Assembly: GCA_951406725.2 (NCBI GenBank)
Contig: OX597823.1
Location: forward strand, 108,500,001 to 108,564,000
Direction: 5' to 3'
DNA from: Octopus vulgaris
Taxonomy: Eukaryota
Length of the DNA: 64,000 bases
Shown in pieces: positions 1 through 13,545 of the stretch. Every line of letters begins with the position of its first letter. Position 1 is the first letter of the stretch. A model generated the notes under the pieces. It was not told the DNA's origin and did no database searches. It saw only the letters and a program-made list of their open reading frames with translations. Both the position numbers and the translations under genes were made by a program.

Positions 1-293
1 ATATTTCTATATATATTACTCCTGTAGAACTTCCTCAGCCCAACTGGTAGGGAGCAGTGAGGCAAAAGTCCAGTAGTCTGGAGAATTGGGAGTTAGCTGA
101 TGCCATCGACTCCAGTGCTATGTTGGTATTATTGACTCCCAATCCTCACCAGAGGGATGAAAAGTGAAGTTTACCATAACATGATTGGTACTTGGAATGT
201 AAGGAGCTAAATGGAGGGGTCAAGGAAAAGCAGGAATGTACAAAAGACAATATATACAGTAGGAGGTGGGGGTTACATAAGATAATGATATTG

Positions 294-496
294 ATCCTTT
301 CTACTCTAGGCACAAGGACTGAAATTTGAGGGGAGAGGACAAGTCGATTATATTGATCCCAGTGCGTAACTGGTACCTGTTTCTCTGAACCTGAGAGGGT
401 TAAGGCAAAGTGAACCTTGGTGGAATTTGAACTCAGAATGTAAAGACAGATGAAACACCGCTAAGCATTTTGCCTGGAGTGTTAGCTTGCCACCGT
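294..496 (-). mobile_element. SINE family A (tRNA-derived), short-tail subtype
   Basis: Reverse complement of the recurrent unit ggtgagctggcagaa...ttctgagttcaaattc (B box)...gactttgcctttcatcc...aagtaccag, with tail ccttgtgcctagagtagaaagg. Confidence 0.75.
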
Positions 497-553
497 TAAG
501 ATAATAATGATAATAACAATAATAAAAATAACAACAACAACAACAACAATAAA

Positions 554-594
<41 letters not shown>

Positions 595-596
<2 letters not shown>

Positions 597-885
597 TACG
601 AAATAGCCCTGCTATGGAAAATGAAGAAGGTGAAGTTAGTGCCAGTTATTGTTGAGTCCTTGGGAACAGTGTCAGAAGGCATCAAGTGGAATATAAAGGA
701 AATTGGAATAGGGTCTCCAGTACAACTGTTGCCAATGTTTGCCTCCTTGGCACGGCCAGAATAATAAGGAAATTATTAGATAGCCGAAAAGAATGAATAG
801 TATGGTACCGTAGGCTGTAAGTTGTAAGCCTGCTATTCATGCAAGACTCCAGGAGCTCCAACAAATCCTGTGATGAAGAGATAAA
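595..885 (+). mobile_element. 3' fragment of an R4/Dong-like non-LTR retrotransposon (restriction-like endonuclease C-terminus plus 3' UTR)
   Basis: Translates YEIALLWKMKKVKLVPVIVESLGTVS..., then after a frameshift CLLGTARIIRKLLD. This matches the typical R4/Dong C-terminal motif (VPVIVGALG...LLGTARIIRKVL). Flanked by (TAA)n on both sides. Confidence 0.75.
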
Positions 886-918
886 ATAATAATAATAACA
901 ATAATAATAATAATAATA

Positions 919-1107
919 ATCCTTTCTACTAAAGGCACAAAGCCTAAAATTTTGGGGTGCAGCTTAGTTGATTACATTGACCCCAGAATGCAACTAGTAC
1001 ATACTTCATTGATCCTTCAGTGGAATTTGAACTCAGAACGTAAAGATGAACAAAATGCCACTAAGCATTTTACCCAGCATTTTAATGATTCTGCCAGCTT
1101 GCCACCT
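919..1107 (-). mobile_element. SINE family A, internally deleted
   Basis: Matches the other family A copies in the window. Confidence 0.7.
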
Positions 1108-1133
1108 AAATAATAATAATAATAATAATGAAT

Positions 1134-1512
1134 GGTGCAGGAGTGGCTGTGTGGTAAGTAGCTTGATTACTAACCACATGGTTCCGGCTTCAGTCCCACT
1201 GCAAGTATCTTCTACTATAACCTCGGGCTGACCAAAGCCTTGTGAGTGGATTTGATAGATGGAAACTGAAAGAAACCTGTCGTATATATCTATATGTATA
1301 TATATGTGTGCGTGTTTGTACCCCCCCCCCCCACATCGTTTGACAACCAATGCTGGTGTGTTTATGTCCCCGTAACTTAGCGGTTTGGCAAAAGAGACCA
1401 ATAGAATAAGTACTAGGCTTACAAAGAATAAGTCCTGGGGTTAATTTCTTCGACTAAAGGTGGTTCTCCAGCATGGCTGCAGTCAAATGACTGAAACAAG
1501 TAAAAAAGTAAG
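1134..1512 (+). mobile_element. SINE family B (tRNA-derived, CORE-like) with internal (TA/TG)n
   Basis: Head ggcgcaggagtggctgtgtggtaag...ggttcagtccc; tail gtgctccagcatggcygcagtcaaatgactgaaacaagtaaaa; more than 10 copies in the window. Confidence 0.85.
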
Positions 1513-1534
1513 AGATGATTATAATAATAATATA

Positions 1535-1947
1535 TATTTCTTTACTGCCCACAATGGGCTAAACACAGAGGGGACAAACAAGGACAGACAAATGGATTAA
1601 GTCGATTACATCGACTCCAATGCATAACTGATACTTATTTAATCAACCCTGAAAGGATGAAAGGCAAAGTCGACCTCGGCGGAATTTGAACTCAGAATGT
1701 AATGGCAGATGAAATACCTATTTCTTTACTACCCACTACTAAGCAGAGAGAGGACAAACAAGGACAGACAAACGGATTAAGTTGATTATATCGACCCCAG
1801 TGCGTAACTGGAACTTAATTTATCGACCCTGAAAGGATGAAAGGCAAAGTTGACCTTGGCTGAATTTGAACTCAGAATATAATGGCAGACGAAATACCGC
1901 TAAGCATTTCGCCCAGCGTGCTAACGTTTCTGCCAGCTCGCTGCCTT
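1535..1947 (-). mobile_element. Two tandem SINE family A copies (long-tail subtype)
   Basis: 1535-1719 (5'-truncated) and 1720-1947; both carry the gtctgtccttgtttgtcc tail region. Confidence 0.85.
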
Positions 1948-2716
1948 ATGATAATAATAATAATAATAATAATAATGATGATGATAATTATAATAGTCAT
2001 GAAGGATGGAGAAGAAGAAAAAGTAGAAGTAACAGCGAACAAGAACAATGGAAGATGGTCCAAGGCAGAAGAAAAATAGTTTCAACCAGAGAAATCTAGG
2101 GAGAATAAAAATAAGAATCAAGAAGCTTTTCAAAAAGTTGTCCTCACTAAAAACTGTAATTTGTTCAAATTACTTCTAAGCAATTTTTTGCTTTTTTTTT
2201 TTTTTGCATTTCACTGGAAGAGATGTGTGTGACCAGCCTTGTGTTAGGGGAGGGCATTCCAATATTCACCATGATGTGTGTGTGAGGATCGCTTTCTTTC
2301 TGTGTGTGTGTGTGTGTGATAGTGGATGAAGTGTTCCAGCAGTCATTGAGTGGACACAGAATGAAACAAGAATTAATCTTCAACTGAATGTTGGTGGGTG
2401 GAGGGTAGTGTGATGGTGGGGATGCAGTAGTAGAAGAGTGGTGGTGGTGGTGGTGGTGATTGGTATGGTCGTTTGGAGTGATAGTATATAAGTGGGGTAT
2501 GGTCTGGTGAGGGTAGTGGTGGTGGTCATGGTAGGGGAGTCCACAGTCAGTTTTTGTAAGTAATCACATGAGAATTTTCTTTCTTGACAAGAAAATCACT
2601 TTTAATCAAAAGCTGAAAGATTATCTTTGAAGAAAATGTAACTTTTCTGACCTTTTACTGTATTGAATAGTCATTTTTTATAAGATAGATGATGATGGTG
2701 ATGATGATGGTTTACT

Positions 2717-2929
<213 letters not shown>

Positions 2930-3176
2930 CAGTGGAGGGAATAAAAGAGTTCAATTTAACCCTTTATGCAGCATGTGTCTGTATGTAAGAATAAATGCAT
3001 ACATACGTACATGCATGCATGCATACATACATCAAACACATGTACATACGTACATACATACACACATACTTATACATATATTTACAGACAAGCTTACAAA
3101 ATATATAGTATATTTAAGATATAGTAACATACATACACATGCATATGTCTCCAACCATCCATCCATCCATCCATCC

Positions 3177-3207
<31 letters not shown>

Positions 3208-3325
3208 TGTGCACACACACATATACATACATATATATATTTGTGTGTATGTGTGTGTGTGTGTATACACAGATGTATATCTATAACCATACACACACAC
3301 ACACAATCAGCAAATTGGTAGAATA

Positions 3326-3367
<42 letters not shown>

Positions 3368-3464
3368 AACACACACACACACACATACACATACATATAT
3401 ATATATTTGTGTGTATGTATGTGTATGTATACACAGATGTATGTCTCTAACCACACACACACAC

Positions 3465-3632
3465 AGTCAGCAAATTGGTAGGATTGTTATAGTATCAAGC
3501 ACAAAACTTTACAATATTCATTCCAGCTTTTTAGGTTTTGAGTTCAAATCTCACTGAGGTTGATATTACCTTTCATTCATACTTTTTGAGTTCAATAAAT
3601 TAAGTACCAGTCATAGACTGGAGTCAATTCTT
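3465..3632 (+). mobile_element. Degenerate SINE family A
   Basis: gagttcaaatc...tacctttcattc...aataaattaagtaccagt. Confidence 0.55.
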
Positions 3633-3847
3633 TACTTCTCCACTCTCCCTCTCACGCACTTCCTCCTTGGAAGAAATCATCTGTGTCCAGATCTGAAAGG
3701 GAACGTGATCCATTAAGTTTAAAATGCTCCAGGATTTACTGTATGTTACAATGGTGCCCCAACCACTCCATCATGGTTTAAAGTCCCAAGGAAGAAAAGA
3801 TTCCTTGTAGACATAGGCATATGTACACACATGAAAATATGTACATG

Positions 3848-3887
<40 letters not shown>

Positions 3888-4224
3888 CAAGTACGTGTGA
3901 GTGTCATATTTAGATTTTAAAAGAAATAACAAAAAAAAGACAGTAGAAACAATAGACAAAACTAAAAACAAATACCAATAAGAAATATAAAAGAATGACA
4001 CTATAAAACAGTGATGGCTTTTGATATGAGAAAGAACAAGGAAGAAAATCCCTCTTTTAGGCACATTTTTGTTTGTTTTCTAATTATTTGTTTTGTTGTT
4101 GTTTAAAGTATTGTAGCAATTGAAATGACCAGGACACAGCGCAGGAAAGAGGAGATTTAAAAGAGATTAATCAAATTGTAAATCTCTGAATTGAGGAGAA
4201 AAATTAATGATGATGATGATGATG

Positions 4225-4265
<41 letters not shown>

Positions 4266-4272
4266 GATAATG

Positions 4273-4325
<53 letters not shown>

Positions 4326-4463
4326 GATAATGATAATAATGATAATAATAATAATGACAATGACAACAAGAATAGCTATGATACTAAATACATGACTGTC
4401 AACAATGATGATGATGATGATAATATGATGAAAAAGAAATATAAAAAAGAGTGGAGATGACAG

Positions 4464-4519
<56 letters not shown>

Positions 4520-4769
4520 AGTAAACTGAAAGATTAAAAAAAATTAATTGTGTTAGATTGGGCAGAAAATAAGAAAGAACCATGTTGGTAAGACTGCATA
4601 AAAACACAAAAACAAAGCAAAAAAAAAAAGAAGAAAAAGCATCAAAAATGAAATAAAACAACACAGTGTATTGAAAAATAAAAAAAATTAAATATAAAGA
4701 TAAGTACAAAAAATAATGAAGAGAAACCTCAAAATAATAATAATAATAATAGTGTTCTGCCCACCTTAC

Positions 4770-4839
4770 CACATGCTTTGAGCAGTTGGTGTCCTCAAAA
4801 TCTCATTATAGAAAGACCTCATACCAATGCAAATGCTTG
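4770..4839 (-). CDS. Weak candidate coding exon of an unidentified gene
   Basis: Bounded by ttag| and |GTAAGG; only one open frame (xSICIGMRSFYNEILRTPTAQSM); unique sequence; the acceptor pyrimidine tract is poor. Confidence 0.2.
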
Positions 4840-4981
4840 CTAAGTGTTTTACAGTGTTTTGTAATTCTTTAACAAGATTGCAAATTAAAGGACAAACCAG
4901 GAAAATGACAAACAAACAAATAACTGAATGCATGAATAAATCCAAATCTTGTTTAACAGAACAAAATAAATAACAAACAAC

Positions 4982-5012
<31 letters not shown>

Positions 5013-5339
5013 AGTATATATATAAGTATATATAATATATATACTCTCGTATTGCATTACTATTTATATATATTTATATATATATATATACGCATGCACA
5101 CATTCACAAGCACACATACACACACACACATGCACACACATATATATATATATAATTGGAAAACAGGGGAAAGTACTTATATGTATGTGTGTATATATAT
5201 GTATACGTATGTGAGTGTGTGTGTATACTCAATTAAAGAGAAAAATCAGAGAGGAAATAATTTCAAAACCTGATGTGCGATGCAAGTTGTAGCAGACAAA
5301 TAGAAACGTCTGGTCTTTGTGCATATTCATACACACACA

Positions 5340-5389
<50 letters not shown>

Positions 5390-5631
5390 AATGCACATAC
5401 ATTTGTGGAATGTATATATATATATATTTATATATATATACATTCCACAAAAGCATGTGCACATATATATATGTGTGTGTGTGTATAAATATACACACAC
5501 ACTTATATACCCACACATATATATGTATATACATATGTATGTGTATGTGCATACTTATCTGTGTGTATTTGTATGTGTGGGTGGGTGAATACATATATGT
5601 ATGTGTGTGTGTATGTATATTATATATATAC

Positions 5632-5677
<46 letters not shown>

Positions 5678-6979
5678 GCATTGATGTGAAAGTTCTGGAA
5701 AGTTTTAAATGAATTATGAAGAGAGAAATCTTAGCTGATTCTAAAACAAACAACAAAATAAAAATTGCAATGACAGTTTTAACGACAACCACAAACAAGA
5801 AACATAATTAATTAACTTCAAAATTTGTCATTAATTTCCGGTACATTCTGTTTGATTATTTACTATAATTCTATGAGTCCATGACTGCTGATATAAAAAA
5901 AAAAATACCAGAAACAAAGAGAAAAAAAAGGAAAAGGTATTAAATGAAAATTATCAATAAAAAATATAGTCAAATGTTTCTCAGGTCAATATTACATTGA
6001 AGATTAAATAGTAAGGACATTGGGAATTTTTTTTCATTTATTTTCAGAATTATGTCACTTTCTTTGTTTTTGCTATTACTGTTGTTGTTGTTGTTGTTGT
6101 TGTTTAGCTTCAGATCAGCACTGATCAAGAAGACTTATGTTCAAAAGTAATTCAACTGTCACCATTCTGTCTTTTCGTTTCTTTCTTTAATTTTTTAGAC
6201 ACAGTCTCTCTTTCATTCTATCCCTCTCTCCCTCTCCCTGCCCCTCCCTTGTCCCCTCTCCCCTTCTTCCTTCCTCCTCTCCCTGCCCCCACCTTCTTCC
6301 TCTCTCCCTTTCCATCTCGCTTCCCCTCCATTCCCCACCCATTTACTCCCCTATCTTCACCCCCTCTCTCTCTCCTTCCTCTGTGGTGCTGTGCTTGTTT
6401 TACAGGTTTCTGCAGTTATGGACTTCCATGTCAAAGCCTGAATATTTGTGATTTTTCTTGGGAAAAAATTTCTTATTGATTTCTTATTGCCCCCCCCCCT
6501 GCCAGATTATTTGCCCTTTATTCTGTTAGTCTACTGCTCTTCTGAGTTTACTCTTAAAGGCACAGAGCTTATATTACTTCACAGGACATCAGGACATGTC
6601 TCCACACAAGTGGTCTTGTGTGACACATATCTAAGGGTTAGCCTTCTACCCACTTCTACCCACAAGACCCTCTTCATCTATTTGGGGTCCTTCACAGGTA
6701 TCACTATAGGCCAGAATGGAGCTGGGAGTAGTAGTGGATGAGGGTGGCTCCATACTCCCCAAAACACCTGAACTCCTTAGCAGATGCAGTTTAATGTGAT
6801 GTCCAGGACAATAATGCATCTAGGACTACATTGCCCAGTCTTTCATTAATTTGTTAAGACAGTAAAATGTGATTTGAAGGTGACTTGGCTGCCATTTTCA
6901 GGCAGATCAAAGGCACACAGAAACCTATTGGTTCCCTAAAATGGTTATTACTGCTGTTGTTATTATCTAGCCCCATGTA

Positions 6980-7197
6980 AGGCTGTGAGCTGGCAGAATC
7001 GTTAGCACACTGAGTGAAACGCTTAGAAGTAATTTGTCTGTCTTTACATTCTGAGATCAATTCTGCCGAGATCGACTTTGCCTTTCATCCTTTGGGGTCA
7101 ATAAATTAAGTACCACTTGCATCCTGGGATCGATCTAATCAACTGCCCCCCCTCCCCACCAAAATATTTTGGGCCTTGTGCCTAAAGTACAAAAGGT
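6980..7197 (+). mobile_element. SINE family A, short-tail subtype
   Basis: ggctgtgagctggcagaatcgttagc...gactttgcctttcatcctttggggtcaataaattaagtacc...gggccttgtgcctaaagtac. Confidence 0.8.
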
Positions 7198-7958
7198 TAT
7201 ATAACCCCATGTCTTCTTCATTCAAGTAGGCCTATAGTAAAAAAGAATTGCAACAGTTCATATCTAATTGATTTGCTAAGCATGTGGCCAAGAGGTTAGT
7301 GTGGCATACTCCCGATTATAAGAGGATGAGTTCAATTCCTGAACTGGATGGCAAGTTAATTCCACATTGCCCCAGTTTAATCAGCTGAAATGAGTACCAA
7401 CCATACTGGTACAGCTCTCCTCCAGCTGTCACGTCCTCAATGTTTTGCAGGGTCAGAAGTAGGAAGGGTTAGAGGGTGCCTGTGTCTGTTCATGATTATA
7501 TAAATACCTAAAGCATATGACAAAAGCATGGTGCATGAAACTAGATTATTCTCACTATGGTTCATAGTTTTTTAACTCAGGTAGATGTGAATAACTAAGA
7601 TACTCAAAGATATTTCTCCAGGATGTATATCCAGTTATATATAATAAGTTCACCTCTCTATCATAATTAGTGAATTGCAAGTCAACAAAGGATGCTAAAA
7701 ATAGCTAACAAATCTCCCTCAAATTACACCATACCATCTTAAACATAGGTTATGTTGGATAAGGCAGTCCTTGATGCAATTTACATGACAAAAGCAAATT
7801 GCAATGGTCATGTTTAATTTAGTAAGGAAACTTGTGATTAAATAACAACAGTTGCTGAATCATTCATAGCAGCTGTTGTAGATTTGTGTTGTATCCCAGG
7901 TAAAATTTAATCCTGTTCTGTTAACATGAAGCAAGAAATATATGTTGTCAGTCTAAAG

Positions 7959-8201
7959 CAGTAGTTCTTGGCCATTTCTTACCTATGGGCCCCTTTGATT
8001 CTTAATTGTATTCAGGCAGACTCTCTTGGCCATTTCAATACTTAAAAAATCTAATTATATTTTTGTAATTAAGAATTATTAGGAATTGTATTTTAAAAAT
8101 TGATAAAATAATTTATGCATTGTAGATGTATAACCAATTTTAACAACAAAATTTCAAATGGACCCTATAAGGGTCATATAAACCCTAGTTAAAAATCACT
8201 G
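7959..8201. mobile_element. hAT (Charlie-like) MITE
   Basis: Imperfect TIRs CAGTAGTTCTT...AAAAATCACTG; 8-bp TSD gtctaaag (7951-7958) / ctctaaag (8202-8209), an NTCTARAN-type target. Confidence 0.7.
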
Positions 8202-8584
8202 CTCTAAAGGTTTCATGATGGCTTCTGGAGGTATCTTACTTCTGTTAACATTATCAGAAGTTTTGGTATGCATTCACAAAGTACATTAATTGTACTTTAA
8301 TTTCAACATTTCTTTGATGATAGATTTTTAGGATAGAAAATTCTTCTTCATTTATCAGCAATGCCCTCAACATTAGTGTTCTTGTTGTCCTCTAAAATAT
8401 CATTCCCCTTCCTATCATTGTTTGTCATTATTTTAGTGAAAACACTTTATACATTTCGTTTTTGGATTTGGTTTGCAAGCTTCTTTATGTGAGTTCGTGT
8501 GATGAAGCACATTCTCTTGTGTCTAGGGAGAGTCATTCTCTTTTAGTTATAATTCAAGAATGCTTGAAAAGCTATGAATGACAT

Positions 8585-8815
8585 ACAGAGGGGAGACATC
8601 TAGGAGCATTGCGGAATAACTAAATGAACATTTGAGACAATATGACGACAAAAGACGGTCCTCCATACTCTACCAACATATGAAGGACCAATATGGGGGC
8701 AATCTGGGTCAACTTGACATCTGCATTTTATCCAAGCACCCAAAGGACCCAACACTCAGACAAATACAGGAGTACGTCCTCATAAATGAAACATCATCAG
8801 TACTAAATAGGAAAT
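8585..8815 (+). pseudogene. Penelope-like element GIY-YIG endonuclease fragment
   Basis: YRGETSRSIAE*LNEHLRQYDDKRRSSILYQHMKDQYGG...ILSKHPKDPTLRQIQEYVLINETSSVLNRK follows the YIGET..R..EH...H...RQI.E..I....LN pattern of PLE GIY-YIG domains. Confidence 0.7.
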
Positions 8816-10183
8816 ATATATAGTAGATATCATACCTCCATACCCACAGGTAGAGTAGAATAGTTAGTGGGCTATTATGTAGATAGATGTATGTATGTGT
8901 GAGTGTGGGTGGGTGTATATGTGTAAATGTATATGCACATGTATGTAGGCATATAGATATGAATGTAAAGAGATAGACATACAGACAGATAGGTACATAG
9001 GTTATATGAACAGACAAGAACACATATACACACATACACAGATGAAGACTGAAACACATGACCATATATACACACACCCTTCACTTCACACCAGGACACA
9101 TATGGAGACATACGTCCATACATACAGACACAGTACATAGTTGCAAAAAAAAACCTTACACACACAGGGACACACTCAGACATGCACACACAAGGAAACA
9201 GAGTTACACACACACACACATGAATATGCAGGCAGAATGCATACATACAAACGTACACACATACATATATACATATCCACACACACACATGCATACATGT
9301 GTATGCATACACACACACACTGACCCACACACATGCACACAAACAGACAAAAAGAACGCATAGAGTCAACAACTATTGCAAAGGTTGCAAGATGCAGTGA
9401 AAATTTTGGGAAAATAAATAAGTAAAATAAATGAATGGAAACCTTACCAGTGAGTGTGTTAAATCATAAGGCAATAAAAGAGAATGACTCTCCCCAGACA
9501 CAACAGACTTTACACATTATTGTCGAATTATATTATATTACAATAGCAGGATACAATTATATTATATCCTTATAGCAGAAGTGTTTTAAAGTATCAGTAA
9601 TATTATAATGTACAATTGTCGAAGTATTATAAAATAACGGTAGCATATTAATGTAGCAGTTGTAATATGACAGAAGTATTATGATAGTATTATAATATAG
9701 TAGTAGTTTTATAATTGGCTGAAATATTATAAAAAGCAGTGTATTATTAAACAAGAACAATATTATAATATAGCAGAACTTTAATAAAATAGACAGAAAT
9801 TCATCTCTGTGGAATTTATTAATATTTATTTAAGTTTTTATATTTACAAATTATATTGAATATTTTGGTTTTAAAGACTAATTTCCTAATTTCTTTTTTC
9901 CCTTGAAACAGTTAATTAAATAGCTAATAATTATTGAATTTAGATTAAAGTTGTGAACACCTCAAAATCTTACTTAATATCTACAACTAATTATCAAGTA
10001 AAATGATTAAATAATTAAATATATCTTATGTGTAATTGAAAGATTTAAATCAAACTCAAATGAAATGTAGCAAGTGCCCTTAAAATAGTGTGAACTTTTC
10101 TTCCACGTGGGAGACTAGTAATTAAGAAGTGATTTGTTGGATAGTAGTGTTGGTCTAAGAAATATTCACTTGTATTTAATTTT

Positions 10184-10546
10184 ATCAACTAGGTTCTGAG
10201 GTGAATTCCTTGTAAAATTACTTCCATGTGTCTGTGAGCAGCAAAATATAAATCTGCAATGTACTTAGGTCAGTTCAGTTGACAAGTGGAAGCTCTGTGC
10301 TAGTGGTCTGGGTGTTTGGCACCTGATCCTAGAGTCGTAGGTTCAGGCACTGGATTGGGCAGGTGCTTCATTTCATGTTGCTACAATCTACTTAGTTGTA
10401 ATAAGTACTATCCAGGTGCTGGAGCAACACTTCCTTCTTCCAGCTGTTACATCCAAGATATTCCAAAGGATCAAGGGTGACTGCCCACGAATTCATTGAT
10501 ACCAAAAATAATTAGCAAAAGCATGGTCCATATTATTACGCTATAC

Positions 10547-10580
<34 letters not shown>

Positions 10581-10947
10581 TGTTTAACGTCCGCTTTCCA
10601 TGCTAGCATGGGTTGGATGATTTTGACTGAGGGCTGGTGAACCAGACGGCCGCACCAGGCTCCAATCTTGATCTGGCAGAGTTTCTACAGCTGGATGCCC
10701 TTCCTAATGCCAACCACTCTGAGAGTTAGGGAACTCTTGAGATTCCATTGGAGCACAAACGGAGGTAGAGATTATAGTCATTCTAGTACAATGTTATACT
10801 CCTAAGAAAGTGAATCTGCAATATGGTTTTAGCTACTAAATATAGTTCTGAACTGAACTGACCTAAGTACATTGCAGATTTATATTTTACTGCCCACAGA
10901 CACATGGAAGCAAGTTTTCAATGAATTTACCTGAGAACCTAGTTGAT
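10184..10947. repeat. About 97-bp inverted repeat pair (10184-10280 / 10851-10947) enclosing SINEs
   Basis: atataaatctgcaatgtacttaggtcagttcagtt is exactly complementary to aactgaactgacctaagtacattgcagatttatat; the rest of each arm is diverged. Confidence 0.85.
10548..10725 (-). mobile_element. Repeat family C (SINE with RTE-type tail), 3' part
   Basis: Reverse complement of gagtggttggcattaggaagggcatccagctgtagaaac...ccaacccatgctagcatggaaagcggacgttaaac(gat)n. Confidence 0.8.
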
Positions 10948-11366
10948 TACCTGGTTACAAAAATCTCATTCACCTTCTTAAAAAAATCTAGATTTCTGCT
11001 TGTTTGGTCAATTAGTATTATTAGATATACATTGGACTAATTTAACTCGTCCTCTGAGGATTGAAAAAAAAATTGATGATTAACATTTACCAATTTTCAG
11101 ATCTTATTAGATTCTCATCAGAGACATCCCAGACAAAATAAGCAGCCATTCTGTTTATAAACTCAGCAATTCCAGTTGCTATAGAAAGCTGAAGCTAATT
11201 GTTTGCATACGCACCATCTTATGATCATGATCGAGACACCCTAATCTTTAAGTCAAGTGCCTTCATGGAGAATGCTGTGTGCAAACTAAATTGTTATACA
11301 CCACATGATACAGGAAGGCTTTATACAGTGATGTTATACTGCTATGTAATACATGTTATAGGTCAG

Positions 11367-11678
11367 CTTGTTTTTTGTTTGTTCCTTCTCAAGCCATGCC
11401 TGGTTCATAAGGGCCAGTTTCCCGGTTTCTTTGGCGTATAGGTTCCCCACCTGGACAGGACGCCAGTCCATCACAGGTGAACTGCAAGATGCAGGAGGAA
11501 AGAGTGAGAGAAAGTTGTGATGAAAGATTCAGCAGAAGTTCGCCATTACCTTCTGCGGGATCCACGTGGAGCTTAGGTGTTTCGCTCATAAACACACACA
11601 TCACCTGGTCTGAGATTCGAACCCACAATCCCTCAACCGCGAGTCTGCTACCCTAACCGCTAGGCCATGTGCCTCCAC
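11367..11678 (-). mobile_element. Full-length tRNA-derived SINE (family D) with TSD
   Basis: A box tggcctagcgg, B box gggttcgaatctc, 3' domain cctgtgatggactggcgtcctgtccagg, (ACAA)n tail; 10-bp TSD tataggtcag at 11357-11366 and 11679-11688. Confidence 0.85.
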
Positions 11679-12007
11679 TATAGGTCAGTTATGTCCAAGT
11701 AGGTTATTGTGCATAGATTGGTTATTGCTGCTTGAGTACTATATTTTATGTGCTAGTCAAAAGCAATAAAGTCAATGTTCGGAATGAAAAATATGTTCCA
11801 GCACTGGAGCAATCAAAGATGCTGCACATGGAATGGAGAGCATCCATGGTTGTTCCAGTGGTGCTTTATGATTATTTCTCTGCATCATTCAATGATGTTT
11901 AGGAATTGATGAAGAAGGGTTTGAGAGTCTGATATTTTCTCAGCAGTTGATATAGCGGTAAGATGGTGAATATAGAAGGAAACATGACGATAAGGAGAAG
12001 GAGGATA

Positions 12008-12060
<53 letters not shown>

Positions 12061-12307
12061 AGTAGTAGTTGCGGTGTCAATGACATTGATGAAAATGAAA
12101 ATGATGATGCTAATGATGATGGTGGTGTTGGTGGAGGCGATTGTAATGATGGTGATGCCAATAATAATCATCATCATCATCATCATAATTATAATAATAT
12201 TGATATTGATTATGATGATAGTGATGATATTAATATTGATCACTCCATTGATGTTGACAAAGGAGCAATGCTGCCGCTGGTGGTGGTAATGAAGATGCAA
12301 ATGATGA

Positions 12308-12339
<32 letters not shown>

Positions 12340-12797
12340 ATGATGATGATGATGATTACATAGTTAAAAATGATGATTAAACTAGAAATTACAATAAAAA
12401 TTAAATTACACATGCAAATTAGCCTTTAAGTGACAAAAATTCTTTCACATTCCACCTGCCATTTCCTCACTTCTCCCTCTCCTTCTTTACCTCTTATCAA
12501 TCCTCACCCAGTTAACCTTCACCAAAAACTCACCTTTCTTCTAAATTCCAATCCTTTACTTTGACACAATTCAATGTAATAATACCAAGTTTTTTAATGG
12601 ATTTTCTATTCGAATAGAATGTTTGGTTGATTTTTCTCTCTTTGCCTTCCCCAAAACATTGAACTGAATAAAAATCCATCTGAAAATTTATTGTAAAATT
12701 GAACAACTAAGTTAATTAAAACTACAAAAGAAACCAGAACAAAATATAAAAATTAAAAACGTGGAAATGAATAAATAAATGAATAAATAAATAAAAC

Positions 12798-13015
12798 AGG
12801 AGGCACGAGCGTGGCTGTGTGGTTAAGAAGTTCAGTTCATTTCACAATCATGTGATTTCTAGTTCAGTTCCACTGCACAGCTACAATAGTCCTGGACTGG
12901 ACACAAACTTGAGAATGGATCTGGAAGATAGAAACTGAAAGGAGAGAGAGAGAGTGTGTGTGTGTGAGTGAGTGTGTGAGTGTGTGTGTGTGTGAGTGTG
13001 TGAGTGTGTGTGTGT

Positions 13016-13054
<39 letters not shown>

Positions 13055-13090
13055 TGTTTGTGTGTGTGTGTGTGTGAGTGTGTGTGTGAG

Positions 13091-13132
<42 letters not shown>

Positions 13133-13147
13133 TGAGTGTGTGTGTGT
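12798..13147 (+). mobile_element. SINE family B 5' half running into (GA)n(TG)n
   Basis: gtggctgtgtggttaagaag...agttcagttccactgc...gaaactgaaagg. Confidence 0.6.
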
Positions 13148-13289
13148 AACTGATTATATTCTGGCTTCTTTGAAACTCACTGAGCTACATATAGTGATAT
13201 GTTTGCCATTACTCTTATCAATAGATCATCTCCTGGCTTCGTGCCTTCTGAGATATTTTGAAGGGTTTAGTGAAACAAATCAATTCCAG

Positions 13290-13545
13290 TGCATATTTTT
13301 TAAAGTCTAGTAATTATTTTATCTTCCCCTTTTGCTGAACTGCTATGTTACAAGGATATAAACAAACTAACACCAATTGTGAAATAGTGGCAAGGGAAAA
13401 ACATAAACACACACATCACAGGCTTCCACACAGTTTCCATTATCAAATCCACTCACAAGGCATTGGTCTGCCCTGGGATATTATAGAAGACACTTGCCCA
13501 AGGTTCCACACAGTGGGTTTGAATTGAAAACCATGTAGTTAGGAA
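13290..13545 (-). mobile_element. Degenerate SINE family B
   Basis: caaatccactcacaaggc...tagaagacacttgcccaagg. Confidence 0.65.

Noticed and set aside
11600-11678. tRNA gene
   Set aside because: The tRNA-like head continues into a SINE body and tail with a TSD; no complete cloverleaf
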